Shown here: positions 6,906 to 11,775 of the stretch, piece after piece | Numbering within the stretch: position 1 is the first letter of the stretch | How the letters are laid out: each line of letters starts with the position of its first letter | Assembly: GCA_017462405.1 (NCBI GenBank) | Contig: JAFTRF010000114.1 | Span: 1 to 11,775 of the forward strand | DNA: 11,775 bases | Reading direction: 5' to 3' | Source of the DNA: Clostridia bacterium | Lineage (GTDB): Bacteria; Bacillota; Clostridia; Oscillospirales; Acutalibacteraceae | Program-made: the position numbers and the translations under genes | The notes under the pieces: model-generated | Told to the model about the DNA's origin: nothing | Database searches by the model: none | Seen by the model: the letters and a program-made list of their open reading frames with translations, nothing else

Positions 6906-7646
6906 ATGGCAGCAACATCAAAGAAACGCAGAAAAGGTCTGCGGATCACGCTCATTTCCATTTTGTTGGTATTCACACTGTTGACCGGCGGTGTGCTTGT
7001 AGTCATGCTGAATCCCTGTCCGGCTGATCAGTCAGCCATAGAATCCTTTTTACCGGAGGCCGCAGACGGTGTCACCGACGGCTCGTATACGGTTTTTGCA
7101 CCGGATGATCCCGTAGCCGGATTCATCTTCTATCCCGGCGCGCGGGTGGAGCACGAAGCGTACATTCCGCTGATGCAGGCGTGCGCCGCAAAGGATATTC
7201 TATGTATTCTGGTGGAAATGCCTATGGATTTCCCGTTGCTGTGGGGCAATGCCGCTGATGGGCTACAGGACAAATATCCGGAAATCGACCAATGGTACAT
7301 CGGAGGGCATTCGCTGGGCGGCTATATGGCGGCCGGTTATCTGGGCGACCACGCAGACGATTATGTTGGATTGATTTTGATGGCTTCGTATACGGAAACC
7401 GATCTGAGTGGCACCGGGCTGGATGTCCTGACCATTTACGGCAGTGAGGATAGCGTTCTGAATAAAGAACGCTACGAAAAGGGGCTGACCCTGCTGCCGG
7501 AAGGCTATACGGAAATCGTCATTGATGGCGGTTGTCATGCATATTTCGGGATGTACACCGGACAGGATGGCGGCGATTTGCCGGTGACAAACGCAGAACA
7601 GCTTCTTATGACCGCTGATGCCATCCGGACATTCGTCGAAAAATAA
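6906..7646 (+). CDS. Membrane-anchored alpha/beta-hydrolase (putative esterase/lipase)
   Basis: 246 aa. N-terminal basic stretch plus hydrophobic helix (LRITLISILLVFTLLTGGVLVV). Nucleophile elbow GGHSLGG. Downstream conserved Asp and His (GSEDSV, GGCHAY). Confidence 0.8.
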   Translation: MAATSKKRRKGLRITLISILLVFTLLTGGVLVVMLNPCPADQSAIESFLPEAADGVTDGSYTVFAPDDPVAGFIFYPGARVEHEAYIPLMQACAAKDILCILVEMPMDFPLLWGNAADGLQDKYPEIDQWYIGGHSLGGYMAAGYLGDHADDYVGLILMASYTETDLSGTGLDVLTIYGSEDSVLNKERYEKGLTLLPEGYTEIVIDGGCHAYFGMYTGQDGGDLPVTNAEQLLMTADAIRTFVEK

Positions 7647-7678
7647 TGCAAAAAACGCAAATTATTTTGCAAAAAGGG

Positions 7679-7707
7679 TTGACAAATGAATCGGGCTGTG
7701 ATATACT
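7679..7707 (+). promoter_or_regulatory. Consensus sigma-70 promoter for tRNA-Ala (TTGACA, 17-bp spacer, TGaTATACT)
   Basis: TTGACA 7679-7684. Extended -10 TG at 7699-7700 plus TATACT 7702-7707. The tRNA 5' end is about 20 nt downstream. Confidence 0.75.
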
Positions 7708-7727
7708 AACCAACGTCGAAAGGACAT

Positions 7728-7803
<76 letters not shown>

Positions 7804-7804
7804 T

Positions 7805-7843
7805 AAAACGGTAGCAATCGTAATGGGTTCTACCGTTTTTTTG
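7805..7843 (+). terminator. Rho-independent terminator after the tRNA
   Basis: Stem AACGGTAG (7807-7814) / CTACCGTT (7830-7837), followed by TTTTTTT. Confidence 0.8.
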
Positions 7844-7847
7844 TTCA

Positions 7848-7918
7848 GAAAATATTGCACGAATACGTCATGGAAATATCACATGAGCGAATATTTGTTT
7901 CATGAAAATATCGCATGA
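7848..7918 (+). repeat. Three direct copies of a roughly 15-bp motif (GAAAATATTGCACGAA, GGAAATATCACATGA, GAAAATATCGCATGA), plus an inverted partial copy; candidate integrase arm-type sites
   Basis: Copies at 7848-7863, 7872-7886 and 7904-7918. Inverted copy AAATATTCGC (reverse complement of 7887-7896). They lie 45-115 bp 3' of the tRNA end. Confidence 0.45.
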
Positions 7919-8002
7919 ACACTTTATGCAGCTTTTTCAGAACAAAAAAAGAAGTCACCGCACCTCCCTTGCAGGTCTGCCAAAACGATGCAAGAAAAAT
8001 GG

Positions 8003-8030
8003 TTGACTTCTCAAAGACCTGTGTTATAAT
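8003..8030 (+). promoter_or_regulatory. Orphan near-consensus promoter with extended -10 (TTGACT, 16-bp spacer, TGtTATAAT)
   Basis: TTGACT 8003-8008, TG at 8022-8023 and TATAAT 8025-8030. No downstream protein-coding gene on this strand. Confidence 0.7.
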
Positions 8031-8036
8031 CGAATC

Positions 8037-8272
8037 ATGATTGATTACAACACAAGTAATTTCCGGGGAGACGCATGAAGTTCCATTCTTGCAGTTTTGG
8101 TGCAAGGAGGTACAAAGCCGTCCGAAAGGTTCGCCAAAACCATTCGGGAAGCGTTTGCGTATTCTCTGTATGAGACGCACGAGAATTCCGTTCTTGCACT
8201 AGCCATGCAGAACAGAATTGTAAGCTGATCTGTCGGTCGCCAAACCTTCAGACGGTGTTCGGGCGTTTCTTT
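8037..8272 (+). ncRNA. Candidate small RNA of about 235 nt between the tRNA and the integrase gene; direction converges on the integrase
   Basis: Bounded by the promoter at 8003-8030 and a U-tract (8266-8272) after an imperfect hairpin. Internal hairpins CCGAA-GGTT..AACC-TTCGG (8109-8137) and TGCGT..ACGCA. Only 13-aa and 32-aa ORFs, each without a well-spaced RBS. Confidence 0.4.
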
Positions 8273-8395
8273 TTTTGTCTAAAAATGGACTTTTCCTGCC
8301 TGCCACAGCATGAAAAGAAACATTGTACTCTTACTATACACCCCTTTTGAATAAAAAGCAATAGTTCAACATTGATTTTTGAGATTTTGCGAAGA

Positions 8396-8520
8396 TTTTT
8401 GCGCGCAAAAAGCCCTGCTCCGTAGGCCAGAAATGCTTTCCAATACAGCAGATCCCGGAATAATAAGAGTTCCAGGAGTCGTGATGGAGGCAAATCAAGC
8501 CTTGTCGGAGCAGAGCTTTT
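8396..8520. repeat. Long inverted repeat AAAAGCCCTGCTCCG / CGGAGCAGAGCTTTT closing an 83-nt loop, adjacent to the perfect palindrome TTTTTGCGCGCAAAAA (8396-8411); probable terminator region between convergent transcripts
   Basis: Arms at 8407-8422 and 8506-8520, with 14 of 15 bases complementary. On the - strand the structure directly follows the integrase stop (8525) and is followed by a T-run. Confidence 0.5.
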
Positions 8521-8524
8521 TATT

Positions 8525-9382
8525 TTATTCAAAAACTTTGAGAAGCTGATTCTTCAGATAGTCTTGGTCAGGGTGTACATAGCGACGGGTAGTGAACGCT
8601 GGATTGGTATGTCCGAGAATCTTAGACAGGGCGGTGACTTCAATACCTTTTTCAATCGCGCGTGTAGCGAAGGTATGACGATATACATGCGTGGTCAGGT
8701 TCGGCAGATTGGCGGCTTTCCGCAGCCGAAGATAAAGCCCTTTCAGTACCTCTGTGCTGATCTGCTGGGAAGTGGAGGTCTGAAATACATATGCATTCTG
8801 AGGTATACCATCATGGTGAAGATCAGTCAGCAGCGCTACCATTCTGGAGGTCAGCGGAACACGACGGACACCGGCTTCGGTCTTGGAGGTCTGAATATTG
8901 AGCCAGCCCTGACACAGATCGACATCGCTCCATTTCAGATTCTGCAACTCAGATCTGCGAAGCCCGGTGTACAGGAAAAAAATCACAACATGACCCAACG
9001 GGTCGTTGAGGGCAGCCTTTTCAAGTCGCGCCTGTTCGTTTACAGTCAGACCATCTACATTTTTTTCACATGCGTTTCGGGGTACGGTCAATCCGTTGCT
9101 GGGGGAGGACGTAATCAGGTTGTTCTTTACCGCATAACACAAAGACGACGTAAAGATACTACGGATTTTTTGCAGTGTGGATTTGGATAAATGTGTGGAG
9201 AGCGTATTCAGGGCATCCTGCAACATTACGTGTTTGATTTCCTCGATTTCAGTTTGCATCAGGTCAGGAAAATGCTTATGCAGGGTTTTGATGAGGTGGA
9301 CATACATGGTTGTGGTGGAGGTTGTAACTTTTGGACGCATATATATATCCATCCATTGTTGCAGCCAATGCGAATAGGTCAT
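8525..9382 (-). CDS. Tyrosine site-specific recombinase / phage-type integrase
   Basis: 285 aa. N-terminal SAM-like region TYSHWLQQWMDIY..STTTMYVHLIKT. Catalytic motifs GLRRSEL, HVYRHTFAT, LGHTN and RRYVH (R..HxxR..H..Y). Confidence 0.9.
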   Translation of the reverse strand: MTYSHWLQQWMDIYMRPKVTTSTTTMYVHLIKTLHKHFPDLMQTEIEEIKHVMLQDALNTLSTHLSKSTLQKIRSIFTSSLCYAVKNNLITSSPSNGLTVPRNACEKNVDGLTVNEQARLEKAALNDPLGHVVIFFLYTGLRRSELQNLKWSDVDLCQGWLNIQTSKTEAGVRRVPLTSRMVALLTDLHHDGIPQNAYVFQTSTSQQISTEVLKGLYLRLRKAANLPNLTTHVYRHTFATRAIEKGIEVTALSKILGHTNPAFTTRRYVHPDQDYLKNQLLKVFE

Positions 9383-9590
9383 GAAAAATCCGTCCTTTCG
9401 TAAAATAGAATGGGGTTTCTTTCAGCATCTTATCAGATTTTACCAAAATAAGAGACGATTTTTTCAGTTGACGAACAACAGAGAGAAGCTCAGTAGATAA
9501 CTTTTCACTGACAATCTCAAAGTGCGCCTCACATGCGTTCAAGAAATCAAGGCCGGATTCGTTTGCGCTAATATCAGAAACAAGTTGCAT
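9276..9590 (-). CDS. Hypothetical small protein overlapping the 5' end of the integrase gene
   Basis: 104-aa ORF. Strong RBS AAGGAGGG with a 7-nt spacer. A perfect sigma-70 promoter lies upstream. The last roughly 35 codons overlap the integrase start in another frame (107 nt). That overlapping portion looks low-complexity, so the true C-terminus is uncertain. Confidence 0.4.
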   Translation of the reverse strand: MQLVSDISANESGLDFLNACEAHFEIVSEKLSTELLSVVRQLKKSSLILVKSDKMLKETPFYFTKGRIFHDLFALAATMDGYIYASKSYNLHHNHVCPPHQNPA

Positions 9591-9628
9591 GCATATTTCC
9601 CTCCTTAAAAAGAGAATATTTTACAAAA

Positions 9629-9657
9629 ATTATACCGTGTGTTTTTTGCTCTGTCAA
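9629..9657 (-). promoter_or_regulatory. Perfect consensus sigma-70 promoter (TTGACA, 17-bp spacer, TATAAT) on the - strand, driving the small ORF and integrase
   Basis: Reverse complement of 9652-9657 is TTGACA. Reverse complement of 9629-9634 is TATAAT. Spacer is 17 bp. Confidence 0.75.
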
Positions 9658-9666
9658 ACGAACGAG

Positions 9667-9741
9667 CCAGTTCTGAAGGGTAAACGCGAGGTTTCCGACA
9701 AAATTCACAGAATGTTTACGCTGCCTCCCAGTTCTGAAAGG
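9667..9741. repeat. Two direct repeats CCAGTTCTGAAGGG / CCAGTTCTGAAAGG, 61 bp apart, just upstream of the -35 of the - strand promoter
   Basis: Copies at 9667-9680 and 9728-9741, 13 of 14 identical. Candidate regulator or recombinase binding sites. Confidence 0.5.
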
Positions 9742-9770
9742 AATTTGTATTTTCAAAACTGCAAATCGCA

Positions 9771-9809
9771 AAAAAGATGTCCGAGTCACTTCAGACCCGG
9801 ACATCTTTT
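9771..9809 (-). terminator. Rho-independent terminator after the sortase gene (- strand)
   Basis: Perfect 12-bp stem 9772-9783 / 9798-9809 with a 14-nt loop. On the - strand it is followed by TTTTTTG. The sortase stop codon lies within the 3' arm. Confidence 0.8.
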
Positions 9810-10807
9810 CACTTTCCATAGAATGCTTCATACCCGTCGCGGATGGCCTCATCGGACGGTCTGGAGGCCGTGATGAAATCCAGCGCATAGTATCGGTCCG
9901 GCCAGAGGCGAACGGGATTTTTCTGGTAGGCCGATGTATCAACAGCATCCATACTTTCGTCATCCCGAAGCCGTCGGGCAATGATTACCGTCCGGTCGCC
10001 CCAGAAAAAGTAGTCGCAGGTGGACATAACGAGATAGGAATCGTCGATTCTGGGGTCATCCGGAATGTAATATGCGGACCGTATACGAGCCTGATAGATA
10101 TACGCATTGAACTGCTCCTCGTGGACAAAAGCGGTATTCGTATACGGAAACAACGTAGTTTCGTACTTGCTGGCGCGACAAACGGCGATGATTTTCCATT
10201 GACCCTCACGGTAGATGGTATCAAACGTAAACGTCGGATGCTTCTTCAGAAAGTCGAATTTCTTGAAAAGCATGAGCTGACCGAACATCAGATCGTCATA
10301 CTCCATGTTGTGTCCGTACATAACCAGTATTTGCGACTGAGGAGACAAGGCGCAGTTCCCGGCAATATACAGACTGCCGTATTTGTCGAAGCGACCGTCA
10401 GGGTCTTTCTTGAGATAATAGTCCGGGTTATCCGGAGTAAAAAACACGGGATGGTCCAGACTTGTTCCGGGTATTTTCAGCCATCCGGCGGTATCCTCGT
10501 TGCGGTTCAGCATGGGACGGAATTTATCCAGCACCTCAAGCGGTTCCATCGTCGGCGGTTTAGAACTGGTATCGGAAGAGGCAGGAGGATCTGGAGTGGG
10601 CTGCCCGTCGCCGTTGCCGGACCATCCGGAGGACGCAGCGGAAGACGAGCTGCCGTACAGGAGGTCCTTGTATTGATTGAGGGTATTCTGGTTCTGGGCC
10701 GGGGCGATCACCAACTCATAGGCCAGCACGGCACCGCTTCCAAGAAAGGACATCAGCAGAATTGCAAACAGGCTGCGGAACAATCGTTTGTGAGTTTTCT
10801 TTTTCAT
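9809..10807 (-). CDS. srtB: Class B sortase (SrtB-like transpeptidase)
   Basis: Start chosen at the ATG at 10807 (RBS GAGAGGAG), giving 332 aa. The ORF track extends to 10882 but that stretch lacks an RBS. N-terminal membrane anchor. Segments GWLKIPGTSLDHPV, ILVMYGHNM, YLVMSTCDY and RTVIIARRL align with S. aureus SrtB (GWIKLSGTSLNYPV, TILYGHHV, IMTLSTCED, RIVVVAKI). Confidence 0.9.
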   Translation of the reverse strand: MKKKTHKRLFRSLFAILLMSFLGSGAVLAYELVIAPAQNQNTLNQYKDLLYGSSSSAASSGWSGNGDGQPTPDPPASSDTSSKPPTMEPLEVLDKFRPMLNRNEDTAGWLKIPGTSLDHPVFFTPDNPDYYLKKDPDGRFDKYGSLYIAGNCALSPQSQILVMYGHNMEYDDLMFGQLMLFKKFDFLKKHPTFTFDTIYREGQWKIIAVCRASKYETTLFPYTNTAFVHEEQFNAYIYQARIRSAYYIPDDPRIDDSYLVMSTCDYFFWGDRTVIIARRLRDDESMDAVDTSAYQKNPVRLWPDRYYALDFITASRPSDEAIRDGYEAFYGK

Positions 10808-10938
10808 GCGTAATTTCTCCTCTCGATTAAAAAGAAAACCGCCCACTCCCACCAAACCAAAAAGGCAGAGTAAGCGGTTCATGTAAATTCGGTTGTTGAT
10901 TGCCTGAGAGTTCGTCAGGCCGTCGCCTTCGCCTCAGA

Positions 10939-11370
10939 TCAGAACGGCAGGTCCTCGTCGCTCAGGTCCACGTTCTCGTACTGCGGAGTCGCTCCTGCGG
11001 ATGCTCCGGTGCCGTTGACCGCCGGTGCGGACGCAGTGGCATTGCTTTTCTTCGACCCTACAGGGAAGTGGATGCTCTCGGCGATGATTTCGATGGCCTT
11101 GCGGTTTACACCGTTTTTGTCCTTGTAGGTCCGGGTCTGCAGACGACCCACAATGCCTACGCCATCACCCTTGTGGAAATACTTCGCGATGCGCTCGGCA
11201 TTGTTGCGCCACGCGACACACTCGAAAAAATCTGAATCGTATTCGCCATTTGCGTTTTTGTAGTCTCGTGCGACAGCGACAGCAAACGTCGAAACGGAAA
11301 TGCCGTTCGGGGTGGTTTTTACTTCGACGTCCTTGGTCAGACGGCCTTCGATAATAACAGTGTTCAACAT
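10939..11370 (-). CDS. ssb: Single-stranded DNA-binding protein
   Basis: 143 aa. OB-fold N-terminus (MLNTVIIEGRLTKDVEV..GISVSTFAVAV). Gly/Ala-rich linker. Acidic C-terminal tail DLSDEDLPF. RBS AAGGAG. Confidence 0.9.
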   Translation of the reverse strand: MLNTVIIEGRLTKDVEVKTTPNGISVSTFAVAVARDYKNANGEYDSDFFECVAWRNNAERIAKYFHKGDGVGIVGRLQTRTYKDKNGVNRKAIEIIAESIHFPVGSKKSNATASAPAVNGTGASAGATPQYENVDLSDEDLPF

Positions 11371-11392
11371 GATAGATTACTCCTTTTCAGAA

Positions 11393-11770
11393 TTAAATGT
11401 TTTGAGATGCGCTCATTTCCGCAATGATGCGCTCGCTGTCCCGCAAGAAGCGGACATAATTGGCCATGATCCACGCATTTTTGTGTTCGTTACACCGAAC
11501 CAAAATCTCGTAGAACTCCTCGTCCTTCAACTGTACGGTTCCCTTGACAGAAACTTTGTACGTGCCAGAAACAATGGAGGTCGTGCCGTTTGCACCTTGC
11601 TGGATTTTGCCCGTGCCGTTTTCGACGGTAATCATCCAAGGATAGGTTTTCACCTTTCCGTTGTACTGTTGCTGACGCACAATGCTGAGTTTTGTGACCT
11701 TTGCGTCGCCGCCACCGGTAGCAATGCACTTCGTTTCTGGCTCGATCGTAACATCTCGTCCGGTGGTCAT
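11393..11770 (-). CDS. Hypothetical beta-rich protein of about 125 aa, immediately upstream of ssb; no family recognised
   Basis: ORF with a 22-bp gap to ssb, so likely the same operon. The frame is open to the window edge, so the real start may lie beyond 11775. Confidence 0.5.
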   Translation of the reverse strand: MTTGRDVTIEPETKCIATGGGDAKVTKLSIVRQQQYNGKVKTYPWMITVENGTGKIQQGANGTTSIVSGTYKVSVKGTVQLKDEEFYEILVRCNEHKNAWIMANYVRFLRDSERIIAEMSASQNI

Positions 11771-11775
11771 GCCCC

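Larger units (their letters stand above)
7804..11775. mobile_element. Integrated element (genomic island or ICE-like) inserted beside the tRNA-Ala 3' end; partial, runs past the window end
   Basis: Abrupt drop in GC after 7803. A tyrosine integrase points toward the tRNA. All downstream genes (sortase B, ssb, hypotheticals) are on the - strand. Iterated motifs lie next to the tRNA. No second att copy of the tRNA 3' end is present in the window. Confidence 0.6.

Noticed and set aside
7647-7678. AT-only hairpin TGCAAAA..TTTTGCA after the hydrolase stop as a terminator
   Set aside because: The stem is purely A/T with an A-run rather than a U-tract on the + strand. It is too weak to call, and read-through into the tRNA promoter region cannot be excluded.
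7845-8180. 111-aa - strand ORF, and the 94-aa ORF 8248-8532, in the tRNA-int intergenic region
   Set aside because: AT-rich low-complexity translations with no RBS. They overlap the strong + strand promoter and candidate sRNA.
8564-9190. 208-aa + strand ORF antisense to the integrase, and 9177-9403 + ORFs
   Set aside because: Antisense shadow ORFs. The integrase motifs are clear on the - strand.
9574-9981. 135-aa - strand ORF and the 94-aa + ORF 9589-9873 spanning the int promoter and sortase terminator region
   Set aside because: They cross the promoter, the direct repeats and the sortase terminator hairpin. They have no RBS and overlap the sortase 3' end.
10808-10938. Hairpins GCCTGA..TCAGGC and CCGCTTACTC..GAGTGGGCGG between ssb and the sortase gene as an internal terminator
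   Set aside because: The first has no U-tract. The second needs three G·U pairs and an 18-nt loop. More likely this is a weak attenuator or just the sortase leader; not called.
10121-11235. + strand ORFs 10121-10813 and 10900-11235 antisense to sortase and ssb
   Set aside because: Shadow ORFs. Sortase and ssb assignments on the - strand are strong.

Overview
The window spans a chromosome-to-island junction in a fairly GC-rich (about 55-60%) Gram-positive genome. Sortase B, DegV, AGGAGG-type ribosome-binding sites and acidic-tail SSB point to Firmicutes, probably Clostridia-like.

Chromosomal part, left to right:
- A 5'-truncated DegV gene on the + strand.
- A bidirectional terminator.
- A PHP-family phosphoesterase gene on the - strand.
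- A divergent promoter region carrying a perfect 11-bp inverted repeat and a third copy of its half-site.
- A + strand operon of two overlapping paralogous regulators, each with a WYL domain and a C-terminal WCX-type domain. They resemble the PafB/PafC pair.
- A rho-independent terminator.
- A roughly 440-bp GC-rich region with no convincing ORF. It contains a tRNA-like T-arm (GCGGG-TTCGAAT-CCCGC).
- A soluble SPFH (band-7) protein whose N-terminus carries three copies of the SPFH start motif.
- The RNA ligase RtcB.
- A terminator and an extended -10 promoter.
- A membrane-anchored alpha/beta hydrolase.
- A consensus promoter driving tRNA-Ala(GGC).

Immediately 3' of the tRNA the composition becomes AT-rich and every gene is on the - strand. 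This looks like an integrated element that runs past the window end. In order it contains:
- Iterated AAATATYGCAYGA motifs, possibly integrase arm sites.
- An orphan consensus promoter followed by a roughly 235-nt ORF-less transcript with a terminator. It converges on the integrase gene.
- A long inverted repeat.
- A tyrosine integrase.
- A small ORF that overlaps the integrase 5' end and has a perfect sigma-70 promoter.
- Direct repeats upstream of that promoter.
- A terminator.
- Class B sortase, SSB, and a beta-rich hypothetical protein.

The candidate novel unit is the cluster WYL pair, structured RNA with tRNA-like arm, triplicated SPFH, RtcB. I read it as a regulated RNA-damage/repair module, possibly joined by the divergently coupled PHP phosphoesterase. 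No CRISPR array, rRNA or transposase was seen.
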